NCBI RefSeq assembly: GCF_009914755.1
Contig: NC_060933.1
Strand: one strand, 5' to 3'
Length of the DNA: 64,000 bases
DNA from: the human T2T-CHM13v2.0 reference genome, Homo sapiens
Shown here: positions 40,744 to 56,494 of the stretch, in pieces
Position numbering within the stretch: position 1 is the first letter of the stretch
Layout of the letters: every line of letters begins with the position of its first letter
Notes under the pieces: model-generated
Database searches by the model: none
Told to the model about the DNA's origin: nothing
What the model saw: only the letters and a program-made list of their open reading frames with translations
Translations under genes and position numbers: made by a program

Positions 40744-43405
40744 CTTTGAAAATAAAGGTGAAATACTTTTTTAAATAATGAAAGGTGAGAACATTTTGTC
40801 ATCAGCTAATGTGATCCAAAAGAAATACTTAAAATTGTTTTAGACAAAAGGAAAATGATATGACAAAACATGCGTTCACACAAAAGAATGAAGCTTCCCA
40901 GAAATAGCACATAAATGGGTAAATATTAGAAACATACAAACTTGAGTTCTATTTTCTAGTAATGGCAGAGTACCTTATATAAGACTAAATGTCCAGATGA
41001 TGAGGAAGAAAAACTGGGAAAAAATGGTAATAGTTTGAAGACAATAGAAAGCAGTCAAAAGCAGACAGAAACTGGACAGGATTTGTCTGTTGAAAAAAGA
41101 AAAGCCTTAAAAGACGGAGGAAAGAGAGGAAAAATGAGACATTATATATAAGATTATAAAAATAATAATGAAAGCTGACATTTCATCATACAAAAAAGAG
41201 GCTAAAAGATAATGAAATGACATCTTAAAATGCTGAGAGAAAAACAAAAAACACTGTCAGCCTATCATTCCACACACAGCAAAAATATATTTCAAAAATG
41301 AAGACAAAATAAAGACATTTTCAGATAAACAAAAAAATCTTGTAGCAGATACACACTGCAAGAAATATTGAAATTATTTAGACTTAAGGCATATGAAGTT
41401 ACAAGGAAATGGAGATCTATAATATGAAAAGATTAGTGCTAGAAATAGTAAACATGTAAGTCAATGTAAAAGTGCGTGCTACTTAATTTCTTATGAAGTT
41501 AATTGACTAAACTGAGAAACAATGTATGGCAAGACTAGCAAAGGGATGAAAGAGGTAATAAATAGATGTATTCTTCTATAATATATTATATGTAAAGTCA
41601 CATATAAATAAAGTTACACTGTCATAAGTGAAAATGCATATATAATATCAAAGAAAATACAAGATACACATATTTGTATACTTATCTCTCTCTGTATACA
41701 TGAGGCCAAAAGAGCAGAGAGATGAAACATTTAAAAATATATAGTGGTTTCCAGGTACTGGCAGTGGGGGTGGAAAATGGCATTGTTTTAATAGTACAGA
41801 CTTTTAGCTTAAGATGTAGAGAGCTCTAGAAGATGGATGGGCATAATGGCTGCATAACAATTTGAGTGTACTTGGTACCACTAAACTGTACAATTAAAAT
41901 GGTTAAATTATATGTAATACACACATAGGTACATTTAAAATGGGAAGCTAAAAGGGTAAAATAGAAAACAGACAGCAAAATGCTATATTTAAACATGAGC
42001 CTAGTCATTTAATTTATAGCTCTATGCTGCAACAGATACATTCTATGTATGAAGACAGAAGCACTGGAAGAAATTAAATGGAAAATATACTTTTGCAAAA
42101 ATAAGCATATGAAAGCTGATGTGTCTTGGTTACTATCAGGACAAAACAAAATGCAAGAAAATAATTTTTAGCAGAGATAAAGTAAATCACTTCACCATGG
42201 TAGGTGTCAATTAATCAAAATTGCAAATATTAAATTAATGAAAGAATTTTTATAGAAGTATGGGACAAATACATTAAAACTTAGCCATAATTGGAGATTT
42301 CAGTACTTCTATTTTTGTAATTAAAAGGAAAAGCAGAGAAAAGATTAATAAAAATACAGAAGATTAGAACTACAGTATAAACCAATTTGATATGACAACA
42401 GTACTCATTCAAAAACTGCAGGACAAACACTTTTCTCAAGTGTCCGTGGAATGGTCACTACAGTAGACTCAATGTTGAGGCATAAAACAGGTATTCATGA
42501 ATTTCAAAACATACTCTGTTTCCTGAAGACAACAGGATAAAATTATAAATCAAAAAACAATAAAATACCTAGAAAATTTATAAATATTTCAAATTAGGCA
42601 ACTCATTTCTAAATACCTATATGTCAAATAAGAAATCACAATAAAAATAAAAAAATATTTTTCACTGAATAGTAATATATCAAAAGTTGTGGGATACAGG
42701 TAAAGTGTAATGGGAAACATACACTTTTAAATACCACTGTTACAAAGGAGAAAGATTTCAATACATTATCTAATTTTCCAAATTAAGAATCTAGCAAAAG
42801 AAAAACTGATAGCAAGTGCAAGACAGTAAATATTAAAGATAAAATATAAAGACAATGAAATAGAAAGCAAACTATAAATTCACAAAGCCTAAAATGTGTT
42901 GTTTAAAAAATGAATAAAATTAGAAAGCCCTACTTTAACTAGGCCAATTAATTTGATGAATCAATCAAGACTTCAAACACTAACAATAAACAATGTTTTA
43001 TTTATATAAAATACTTTTTTGCCTTTTTATTTATATAGATAAACATAATTAATAATTAAAATGTATGTCATAAAGTGCCAGGTACAAATAGATTCATTAT
43101 TTATTTTTATCAATCATTGCATGAGAAATAATGCCAAAGTTACATAAATTATTTTCTAAAATAGAGAATTGCTTAATGAGATCACTTTAAACTTAAGAAC
43201 AAAATTAGATATCAAATACACAAAATAAATTATAGACTAATATCCATCCTTAATATGGATGTAAAAATGCTTATCAGAATGTCAAACCTACCTCAGAAAA
43301 TATTTTTTAAAGGATAAAACAGCATGACCAACTGTGTTTTTTCTAAGGAATGTAAGTTTGGTTCAATGTTAAAAAAAATAATAAACAGATTGGTGGGGGC
43401 AGAAC

Positions 43406-43414
43406 CAAGATGGC
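43406..43414 (+). promoter_or_regulatory. YY1 site of the L1 5' UTR promoter
   Basis: caagatggc at the L1 5' end. Confidence 0.75.
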
Positions 43415-44495
43415 TGACTAGAAGCAGTGGCAATCAGAGGCTCCCATGGAAAAGATTCAAAGCCGTGCAAATCCTGCACTGGTAACCAAGGCATCCAGGT
43501 TCTGTCATTAGGACTGACTAGGCAGCTGGTGTGACCCATGGAAAGGAAGGAAGGACAGTGTGGTGCAGTGGCCCACCTGAAAGCCACACAGGGCTGGGGA
43601 GCCCCTACCCTTGGCCAAGGGAGGTAGTGAGTGAGCCTGCTACCCAGCCTGGGAAACTGCTTTTTTCACAGAACTATGCAACCCCCGGATTGAAATATCC
43701 CACTTGTGAGCCCACACCACCAGGGCCTTGGGTCCCTATTAGAAAGCCACACAGATTCTAACTCTGGTAGAAGCAGCCTAAGCCAGGTTCCCAAGGAGAG
43801 GTGGGACCATCACCACTGATGCAAGCTGCCTGCTGTCTAAGCCATCTGAGCTCTTTGCAGGAGGGGCAGCAGCCAGCACTGCAGCTGCAGGGCCTCCCTG
43901 AAGGGATTCCAACTCCAGCCAGGGGCTCTGGGACAAAAACTCTGATCTCCCTGGGCCTGAGCCCCTAGCAGCAGGAGTGGCTGTAGTCTCTATGGACCAG
44001 CAGACTTAGTGTTTCCCTCTGCTAGCTCTGAGGATTCCAGGCAGCCCAGATGAGCGAATTGCCCCCCAGCACAGCACACCACCTCTACTAAGGGACAGCC
44101 AAAGTGCTTCATTAAAAGAGTCCTGCTTCCCGTGCCACCCATCCAGGTGAAACCCCCGCAACAACAGGGGTTGTCAGACATCTGTACAGCAGCATCCCTA
44201 CTGGCATCAAGTCAGTGCCCCTCAAGCTCAGAGATCCCAGAGAAAAGAGCAGGCACCCATCTTTGCTGTTCCCCAGCCTCCTTGAGTGACATCTCCAGGC
44301 ACAGGAGCAAACCAGATGAATAGGGCCTGAAGTGAACCCCCAGCAAACCGCAGCAACTCTACAGGAGAGGGACCTGACTTTTGAAAGAAAAACAAACAGA
44401 AAGCAACAAAGACAGCATCAATGCAAAAAGTACCCACAAAAATCTCATCCAAGGGTCAGCAGCAGCAAAGATCAAAACTAGACAAACTCATGAAG

Positions 44496-45509
44496 ATAAT
44501 AAAGAATCAATGAAAAAACGCTGAAAACCCAAAAGGCCAGAGTGCCTCTTCTCCAAATGATCACAACACCTCTCCAGCAGGGACACAGAACTGGACGGAG
44601 GGTGAGATGGGTGAATTGACAGAAGCAGGCTTCAGAAGGCAGGTAATAACAAACTTTGCTGAGGTAAAGGAACATGTTCTAACTCAATGCAAAGAAGCTA
44701 AGAACCTTGAGAAAATGTTAGAGTTGTTGCTAACCAGAATAACTGGTTTATAGGGGAAATTAATGACCTGATGGAGAAAAACACAGCATGAGAACTTTGT
44801 AAAGTATACACAAGTATCGATAGCCAAATCGATTAAGAGGAAGAAAGAATATTAGAGATGGAAGACTATCTTGTTGAAACAATGCAGGCAGACAAGATTA
44901 GAGAAAAAGGAATGTAAAAGAGGAAACAAAACCTCCAAGAAATGTGGGACTGTGTAAACAGACCCAACCTCTGACTGATTGGAGTACCTGAAAGAAATGG
45001 AGAAAATGCAACCAAGTTGGAAAACACACTTCAGGATATTATCCAGGAGAACTTGCCCAATCTAGCAAGACAGGCCAACATTCAAATTCAGGAAATATAG
45101 AGAACCTCACTAAGATACTGCACGAGAGGGTCAACCCCAAGACACATAATCATCAGATTCACTAAGGTCGAAATGAAGGAAAAAATGTTAAGGGTAGACA
45201 GAAAGGCGAGGTCACCTACACGGGGAAGCCCATCAGACTAACAGCAGATCTCTCAGCAGAAACCTTACAAGTCAGAAGAGAGTAGGGGCCAATATTCAAC
45301 ATTCTTAAAGAAAAGAATTTTCAACCCAGAATTTCATATCCAGCCAAACTAAGTTTCATAAGTGAAGGAGAAATAAAATGCTTTTCAGATAAGCATATGC
45401 TGATGGAATTCATTACTACCAGGCCTGCCTGGCAAAAGCTCACGAAGGAAGCACTAAATATGGAAAGGAAAAACCAGTACCAGCCACTGGAAAACACACG
45501 AAAATGTGA
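44496..45509 (+). pseudogene. L1 ORF1p remnant
   Basis: gactgattggagtacctgaa and cccagaatttcatatccagccaaactaag; start codon mutated, several stops. Confidence 0.85.
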
Positions 45510-45572
45510 AGACTAATGACACTATGAAGGAACGGCATCAACAAGTGTGCAAAATAACCAGCTAGCATCATG

Positions 45573-48500
45573 ATGACTGGATCAAATTCACACATAACAA
45601 TATTAACCTTAAATGTAAATGGGCTAAATGCCCCAATTAAAAGACACAGAATGGCAAATTGGATAAAGAGTCAAGACCCATCAGTGTGCTGTATTCAAGA
45701 GACCCATCTCACGTGTAGAGACACACATAGGCTTAAAATAAAGGGACAGAGGAAAATTTGTCTAGCAAATGGAAAGCCGAAGAAAACAGGGGTTGCAATC
45801 CTAGTCTCTGACAAAACATACTTTAAACCAACAAAGATCAAAAAAGACAAAAAAAGCATTGCATAATGGTAAAGGCATCAATTCAACAAGAAGAGCTAAC
45901 TGTCCTAAATACATATGCACCCAATACAGGAGCACCCAGACTCATAAAACAAGTTCTTAGAGACCTACAAAGAGACTTATACTCCCACAAGATAATAGTG
46001 GGAGACTTTATCACCCCACTGTCAATATTAGACAGATAAATGAGACAGAAAATTAACAAGGATATTCATGATAACAAGGATATTCATGACTTGAACTCAG
46101 CTTTGGATCAAGTGGACCTAATAAATACCTGCACTAATAGATATCTCCACTCCAAAACAATAAAATATACATTTTTCTAAGTACCACATGGCACTTACTC
46201 TAAAATCAATCACAAAATTGGAAGTAAAACACTCCTCAGCAAATGCAAAAGAACTGAAATCATAACAGAGTCTCTCAGACTACAGTGCAATCAAATTAGA
46301 ACTCAGGATTAAGAAATTCACTCAAAACCACACAAATACATGGAAATTGAACAACTTCCTCTTGAATGACTCCTGGGTAAATAATGAAAAGACAGAAATC
46401 AAGAAGTTCTTTGAAACCAATGAGAACAAAAAGACAATGTATTAGAATCTCTGGGATGCAGCTAAAGCAGTGTTAAGAGGGAAATTTATAGCACTAAATG
46501 CTCAACATCAGAAAGCTAGAAAGATCTCAAATCAACACCCTAACATCAAAATTAAAAGAACTAGAGAAGCAAGAGCAAACAAATTCATAATCTAGCAGAA
46601 GATAAGAAATAACGAAGATTAGAGCAGAACTGAAGGAGGTAGAGACACAAAAATCCTTCAAAAAAATGAATGAATCTAGGAGTTCGTTTTTTGAAAAAAG
46701 TAATAAAATATACTGCTTGCAAGAATAATAAAGAAGAAAAAAGAGAAGAATCAAATAGACACAATAAAAAATGATAAAGGAGCTATCACCCACCACTGAC
46801 CCCAGAGAAATACAAACTACCATCAGGGAATACTATAAACACATCTACACAAATAAACTAGAAAATCTGGAAGAAACAGATAAATTCCTGGACACATACA
46901 CCCTCCCAAGACTAAACCAGGAAGAAATGGAATCCTTGAATAGAACAATAACAAGTTCTGAAATTGAGGCATTAATAAATAGCCTACCAACCAAAAAATG
47001 CCCAGGACCAGATGGATTCACAGCCAAATTCTACTAGAGGTACAAAAAGGAGCTGGTACCATTCCTTCAGAAAATATTCCAAACCATTGAAAAGGAGGGA
47101 CTCCTCCTTAACTCATTTTATGAGGCCAGCCTCATCCTGATACCAAAACCTGGCAGAAAAACACACACAAAAAAAGAGAACTTCAGGCCAATATCCCTGA
47201 TGAATTTTGATGCAGAAATCCTCAATAAAATACAGGCAAACCGAATCCAGCAGCACATCACAAAACTTATCCACCATGATCAAGTTGACTTCATCTCTAG
47301 GATGCAAGTCTGGTTCAACATATGCAAATCAATAAACGTAATCATCACATAAGCAGAACCAATGAGAAAAACCACGATTGTCTCAATAGATGCCGAAAAG
47401 GCCTTTGATAAAATTCAGCACAGCTTCATCCTAAAAACTCTCAATAAACCATGTACTGATGGAACGTATCTCAAAGTAATAAGAGCTATTTATGACAAAC
47501 CCACAGCCAATATCATACTGAATGGGCAAAAGCTGGAAGCATTCCCTTTGAGAACTGGCACAACACAAGGATGCCCTCTGTCAACACTCCTATTCAGCAT
47601 AGTATTGAAAATTTTGGCCAAGGCAATCAGGAAAGAGAAAAAAATGAAGGGTATTCAAATAGGAAGAGAGGAAGTCAAATTGTCTCTGTTTGCAGATGAC
47701 AAGATACTGTATTTAGAAACCCCATTGTCTCAGCACCAAATCTCCTTAGGCTAATAAGCAACTTCAGCAAAGTCTCCGGATACAAAATGAATGTGCAAAA
47801 ATCACAAGCATTGCTATAACCAACAACAGAATAGCAGAGAGCCAGATCATGAATGAACTCCCATTCACAATTGCCATAAAGAGAATAAAATACCTTAGGA
47901 ATACAGCTAAAAAGAGACATGAGGGACCTCTTCAAGGAGAACTACAAACCACTGCTCAAGGAAATAAGAAAGGACACAAACAAATGGAAAAACATCCCAT
48001 CCTTATAGATAGGAAGAATCAATATCATGAAAATGGCCATACTGCCCAAAGTAATTTATAGATTCACTACTATTCCCATCAAACTACCATGCACATTCTT
48101 CACAGAATTAGAAAAAACTACTTTAAAATTCATATGGAACCAAAAAAGAGCCCACATAGCCAAGACAATACTAAGCAAAAAGAACAAAGCTGGAGGCATC
48201 ATGCTACCTAACTTCAAACTATACTACAAGGCTACAGTAACCAAAACTGCATGATACTGGTACCAAAACAGACATATAGACCAATGGAACAATAGAGACC
48301 TCAGAAATGAGACCACACATCTACAACCATCTGATCTTTGACAACCCTAACAAAAACAAGCAATGGGGAAAGGATTCCCTATTTAATAAATGGTGCTGGG
48401 GAAACTGGCTAACCACATGCAGAAAACTGAAACTGGACCCCTTCCTTACACCTTATACAAAAATTAACTCAAGATGGATTAAAGACATAAATGTAAAACC

Positions 48501-49406
48501 CCAAACCATAAAAACCCTAGAAGAAAACCTAGGCAATACCATTCAGGACATAGGCATGGGCATAGATTTTGTAATGTTGCCAAAAGCAATGACAACAAAA
48601 GCAAAAATTGACAAATGGGTTCTAACTAAACTAAAGAGCTCTGCATAGCAGAAGAAACTATCATCAGAACAAACAGGCAACCTACAGAATGGGAGAAAAT
48701 TTTTGCAATCTATCCATCTAACAAAGGTCTTATATCCAGAATTTACAAGGAACCTAAACAAATTTTCAAGAAAAAAACAACCCCATCAAAAAGTGGGTGA
48801 AGGATATGAACAGACACTTCTCAAAAGAAGACATTTATGTGGCCAACAAACATATGAAAAAAAAAACTCAGCATCATTGATCATTAGATAAATTCACATC
48901 AAAACCACAATGAGATACCATCTCACACCAGTCAGAATGACAATTATTAAAAAGTCAGGAAACAGATGCTGGTGAGGCTGTGGAGAAATAGGAACACTTT
49001 TACACTGTTGGTGGGAATATAGATTAGTTCAACCATTGTGGAAGACAGTGTTGCAATTCCTGAAAGATCTAGAACCAGAAATACCATTTGACCCAGTAAT
49101 CCCATTATTGGGTATATACCCAAAGGAATATAAATCATTGTATTATAAAGATACATGCATATGTATGTTTATTGCAGCACTATTCACAATAGCAGTGACA
49201 TGGACCAATCCAAATGCCCATCAATGATAGACTTGATAAAGAAAATATGGTAAATATACACCATGGAATACCATGCGGCCATAAAAAGGAATGAGATCAT
49301 GTCCTTTGCAGAGACATGGACGAAGCCGGAAGCCATCATTCTCAGCAAACTAACACAGGAACAGAAATCCAGACAGTACATGTTCTCACTCATAAGTGGG
49401 AGTTGA
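45573..49406 (+). pseudogene. L1 ORF2p remnant (endonuclease/RT), frameshifted
   Basis: [56 protein letters not shown] and KWCWGNW, spread across broken ORFs. Confidence 0.95.
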
Positions 49407-50117
49407 ACAATGAGAACACATGGACACAGGGAGGAGAACAACACACACTGGGGCTTGTTGGGGGTGGGGTCAAGGGGAGGGAGAGTATCAAGACAAATAG
49501 CTAATGCATATGGGGCTCAAGACCTAGGTGACGTGAAGATAGGTGCAGGAAGCCACCATGGCACACTTATACCTATGTAACAAACCTGCATGTTCTGCAC
49601 ATGTATCTTAGAACTTAAAGTTAAAAACTAAATAAAATAATAATAATAATCAGTATAATTTCTCACACTAAAAGATAAAAACCCAAAAATATACATGTTT
49701 ATCTTATTTGTATGCAGAAAATACAATTTGGCAAAATTTAAACACAAGCCATGAAGACAGCTTTTACCAAAATAGAAATGGAAAGCAAATTTCTCAATTT
49801 GAGTAAGGGCCTACATGGAAAACAAAGAACTATCATCATAGTGGTGAAATATTGAACACATACTCCCTGTGACTGAGAACAAGTCAAAGATATATGTTTT
49901 TACTGCTTCTATGTAGACTTGTACTGGATATCTTATATTATGACTTAAAGCATGAAAAATGAAAAGCACAGAACTTAGAAAACAGAAGTCTTTTTGTTCA
50001 TAGAGGAAATGGTATTAACAGAAAAATCTTAAAGACTTTAAGTTTCTAGAACTTGGGCACATATACATTTCTAGAATTAGGCAATTTTGCAGGATATGGG
50101 GTCAATATACAAAAAAT

Positions 50118-51752
<1,635 letters not shown>

Positions 51753-51873
51753 GAAAAAGTATTTTTAAATGACAGCAACAAGTAACAAGAGGAAGTGAAT
51801 TTTAGAAGATTGTTTATAATTAGCCTCAAACTATAAAATAATTAAGATAAATTTAATGAAAACTATGTAAGAC

Positions 51874-52085
51874 CTATCAAAAACAAAAACACACTGCAGA
51901 AATAAAGAACAACTTAACAAATGTAGAGATATAACGTGACCTTTAATTTAAATATTTAATGTTCCTGAGATACCAAAACTGAACTATCAAAAACAAAAAC
52001 ACACTGCAGAAAGAAATTAAGAACAACCTAACAAATTAGAGATAAAACATGACCTTTAATTTAAATATTTAACGTTCCTGAGATA
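51874..52085. repeat. Two-copy ~100-bp tandem duplication with an 11-nt spacer
   Basis: ctatcaaaaacaaaaacacactgcagaaa...gttcctgagata at 51874-51972 and 51984-52085. Confidence 0.95.
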
Positions 52086-52666
52086 TCCATTTTTCCTAAA
52101 CACAACTATATAGATTCAACACCATATTGGATCAATAAGTTCATTATAAAATATATATAGGTAAAAGATGTTGAATTGCCAACAAAATCTTAAAGAACTG
52201 CTGTGGAGGATTTACAGTGGCTAATTTCAACATTTACTATAAATTTACAATAATCAAGATGCTTTTCTATTGGGAATAGATAAATAAATTGATGAAACAC
52301 CCAGGAAATCTAGAATAAATCTGCACATATTTGGACAATTGATTTTTTCAGAATGTCTAGGTATTAAAGCCACTTAAGTAATTCATTGAGAAAACAATAT
52401 TTAACTACAGTGTTAGAGCAATGGCATATCCATTAGGGAAAAAAATGAACCTTGATCTCTACCTCAGATCATGAACAAAAATTAATTTGAGATAGTTCAT
52501 AAACCTAAACATAAAACTAAAACTAAAAAATGTTATAGGAGAATATAAGAGAGTTCCTTCATGATCTTGAGTAAGCAAAAATTTTCTGGACGCCAAAAGT
52601 GTTAATTATTTTAAAAAGATACATTACATTTTATTAAATTAAAAATTCTTTTGTCTTTAAAAGACT

Positions 52667-53090
52667 TTATGTTTTTCTGACTTTTAGGTTCAGGAGTACA
52701 TGTGCAAGTTTGTTACATAGTTAAACTCATGTCACAAGGGTTTGTTGAACAGATTATTTTGTCACCTAGGTACTAAGCCTAGTACCCAATAGTGATTTTT
52801 CTGCTCCTCTCCCTCCTCCTACCCTCCTGCCTTAGGTAGGCTCAGTTTCTATTGTTCCCCTCTTTGTGTTCATGTGTTCTCATCATTTCATTCATACTTA
52901 CAAATGAGAAGATGCAGCTGGTTTTCTATTCCTGTGTTAGTTTGCTAAGGATAGTGGCCTCCAGCTCCATCTATGTTCTTGCCAAGGACATGATCTTGTT
53001 CTTTTTTATGGCTGCATAGTATTCCATGGTGTATATGTACCACATTTTCTTTATCCAGTCTATCATTGATGGGCATTTAGGTTGATTCCA
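52667..53090 (-). mobile_element. L1PA13-16 3' end
   Basis: ggttcaggagtacatgtgcaagtttgttacatag...gggcatttaggttgattcca. Confidence 0.9.
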
Positions 53091-54149
53091 AGAGAACATT
53101 ATTTTAAAAAATGAAAATGCCAGCCATTTCATTGGGAGTAAATATTCACTTTAAAATACTTGTATCTAGAATATAAGAAGAATTCCTACAGCTCAATAGT
53201 GAAAGATAAATAACTCAATAAAATGAACATGAGTTTTTTTTTAAAAAAAAGAAGTGAAAATATATTCAACCACACCACTGAGATACCACTATACACCCAC
53301 TATAATGACTAAAATCAAAATGACTGGCACTGCTAGATGTACATAGTAATATAGAATTATTGAAATTCTGGTTCATTGTAGGTGGGAGTGTAAAATGGTT
53401 TCAACCACTTTGAAAACAATTTTGCAGTTTCATATAAAGTTAAACACACACATGCAGTGAATTCATTCCTTGGCATTTAACCAAAATAGATAAAAATGTA
53501 CATGTGCAAAACTATTCGTATAAAAATATCCATAGCAGCTTTATTCATAAGAGCAAAAGGCTCATCATAATCCAAATGTGTATCAACCAAAATCACAAAT
53601 GGTGATACATTCATACAGTGGAATAATATGCAGCAATAAAAGAACCAAACTTCTGATACATATTAAAGCATGAATGTACTTCAATAGTATTATACTAAGC
53701 TGAAAAAAAATACTTGCAGGATACCAAGGAATACATGCTGTATGATGCCATGTGCTATGAAGTCGAAACACAGGCAACACTTTTCTATCATCTTAGAGAT
53801 ACATTTTGTGTATTGAGTATGAGATGACACCAAATGGGTATGATAAAATTTTCTGGAGTGTTGTAAACAGCTTCTGGCTTGATTGGGATGGTGGTAACAA
53901 GGGAGTTTATCTTTGTCAAAACCCACTGATTTTCACACTTGTTCATTTTATCTAAAATTTGTTAATTATAAAAAAAGAACAAAAAACATATTACTTATGT
54001 ATATTTTTTAAAAACCCTAAAGTTATATTTCCCATTTACCTCCCACAACTTCCTAAGTAGATTCTGCCATATTTAACAGGTTAGGAGATTTCTACCCTTG
54101 GTAATTATTCTTAATTATCAAGGTCCTATATTTTGGTAACCCAAATATT

Positions 54150-54520
54150 GTAAAGTCGACCTAGGCATGTTCCTTGATATGATATTGGATCCTGTTTTGA
54201 ACATGCCAGCTATATCATTTTGGGGACAATGTTTGACTCTGAATACAGATGGTATTTGATGAAAATTTAAGGATTATTTTACCATTTTATTGGGTTTGAT
54301 AATGGTATTCAGCACTCGTAGAAAATGCTCTATGTTTTTAGAAATGTGTACTAAAATTAGTGCTAAAATGAAATGATATTATCTTTATTATACTTTAGCA
54401 CATTTAAGCAAGCATCAGGCAAATTAAATATAACAAAAAGTTAAAATGATCAAATCTGGAGGATAATTATATCGATGTTGGTTACACTATCCTGTCAATT
54501 TTCTACAGGCATGGTGAAAA
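54150..54520 (+). mobile_element. L1MC4/L1ME 3' UTR fragment
   Basis: ttggatcctg...cattttggggacaat...gataatggtatt. Confidence 0.55.
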
Positions 54521-54536
54521 CTAAATTTAAAAATTA

Positions 54537-54818
54537 GGCCCGATGAATTGGCTCACACCAGCAATCCCAGCAAGTTGGAAAGACTAGGCAGCCAGATAGC
54601 TTGACCTCATGAGTTTGAGAACAGCCTCCTGGGCAACGTGATGGAACCCTGTCTCTACAAAAAATACAAAAATTAGCCAGGTGTGATGATGCGCACCTGC
54701 TTGGGAGGCTGAGATGAGAGGATCACTTGGGCCTGAAGATCGAGGCTGCAGTGAGCCATGATCGTGCCACTGCACTCCAGCCTGGGTGATAGAGCCAGAT
54801 CTTGTCTCAAAAAAAAAA
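54537..54818 (+). mobile_element. AluJ
   Basis: ggatcacttgggcc, gaggctgcagtgagccatgatc and ccctgtctctacaaaaaatac. Confidence 0.9.
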
Positions 54819-56494
54819 TTAAAATTAAATTACTGTCTCTCTTTTACCCTGTTTTACTAATTATTGGATGTCCTTTAGATGCTTAAGTGCTTGAGTAATC
54901 AATTTCTTCCTAAATTCAAAGCAACATAAACTATTTTTTTTCTAAGAAAGAAATTTAAAATTTTCAATTTCCTTTTATATCATATTGGGTTTTTCTTTTT
55001 ATTGTCACCTCTAAAAAGCTCAAAGTTAGGCATTGTGCATAATTTCTGTACCCTTCCTTTAACCCACTGTTTTTCATGAGGACAAATATTGAAATCATGC
55101 AAGAGTTTCTAAATTACTTTCTCCCAATGCTTCTGTTACACTTCTCAGCAAAGGAATGTTCTTTTTATGACAAAGAAACGTGTATCTTTAGAAAAATAAT
55201 TCCCAATCGACTTTAGTATGTTATTTCCATTTACTCTTTGGCTCCTGGTCAAGAATGTGGTAACCCTTATGCTCTGTTCCTATAGCTTTTATTTACTGAT
55301 TCTTACATTTGTTTCCTTTTGAAATCTGATTTTATTAAGTGTAGGTTCCTATTGCAAGCTGGTCAAATTCTCTTTAGAAATGAGTGGCATAATGAAGGAA
55401 TACATTAATGAATGGTTTCATGAATCAATGAATTAATGATTGAGTGGTCAGACCTATAATTCTTCTCCTATCTTTTGCTGAGTTAAAAAAAAATGGACTA
55501 TCTATGCAAAATGAAGAGTTTTGACCAGCGTAGTTAACTGATTCTTGTATATGAAAAGGCAATCACTGTTCTAAATTAGCTTTATTTTATAGTACATATG
55601 CTAGTTTCAGGCGTGGAAAACTATTCCTCCCAGACAACTTAATACTTTTGGATCAGTTTTATTTTTCATTAATTTCTCTGTGTTCCTGATGACACTTTCT
55701 TTTTCTGGTTTCTCCTAGAATAAGACCTGTTTTTCTCACTCCAGTTTCTGGGCTCATCTTAAGGGTAAAGTTCTTCTTTCTCTTGAGAGTGCATAATAGC
55801 AGCTAGACTGTGTTGACCAGCTGATGCTGGGAACGTTAGAACCAGGAAGCTTCAGGCTAACCACTGCCATGTGTCCTGCCATGTTGACCATCCTCTTCAA
55901 AGCCAGTGATCAGGAGAAGCGCCAGTTTTCTGGAATAGCCAAGATATCCATGAGTTGCTTTATTTTTTGGTGTATTTAAAAGTGTACCAGAGATGGGAGT
56001 ATTCACATATAAATACGATTTCAATCTACTGTGAACTGCTTTCTAGTAAAAGAGATGCATTTGCTTTCTTCATTTCTTCTCCAGCAGCAAACCTCCAGAC
56101 AGGGCATGTGGCAGATGGTGGTAGTCTGAGACTCCTCTATGGAGTTCAAAGAGCAAACATGATTTGGGGGTGTCACAAGGCGGATGTCATTCCGTGGGGC
56201 AAAGGAAACTGTATCTTGATATGACTGTCTAATTAATAAATTTGCACCAAGATCATTCCATTTGATAAAAATGGTCCAAGATTCTTCCCCGATGTTTTCA
56301 AATGAGCCAGTGAAGGGTGGCAGTTGAGAACACTAGTTTTAAGTTCAGGCGGTCTGGTATCAAAATTCTGATTCTGTCATTAGTGACTTTGTGAAAATAG
56401 CTTTATTGCTTTGAGTACAAGGTTCCTCATTGTTTAGAGGGAGGGATCATTGTTTAATGAAAATGTATTTGTATTATATATTTTTTCTGTTCCA

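Larger units (their letters stand above)
37620..43385 (+). mobile_element. Old L1M element(s): 5' region, ORF1 and ORF2 remnants, with several nested insertions
   Basis: ORF1-like gaagaaataatggctgaaaattc and tatctttgaaaataaaggtga; ORF2-like ttggagatttcagtac and catgaccaactgtg. Confidence 0.7.
43392..49645 (+). mobile_element. Full-length LINE-1, L1PA8A/L1PA10-type, inactive
   Basis: 5' UTR with caagatggc, ORF1, ORF2, 3' UTR (gcacacttatacctatgtaacaaacctgca) and A-rich tail; ~6.25 kb. Confidence 0.93.

Noticed and set aside
45570-48648. L1 ORF2 fragments as an active reverse transcriptase or novel retro-system
   Set aside because: Many frameshifts and stops; this is an ordinary dead primate L1.
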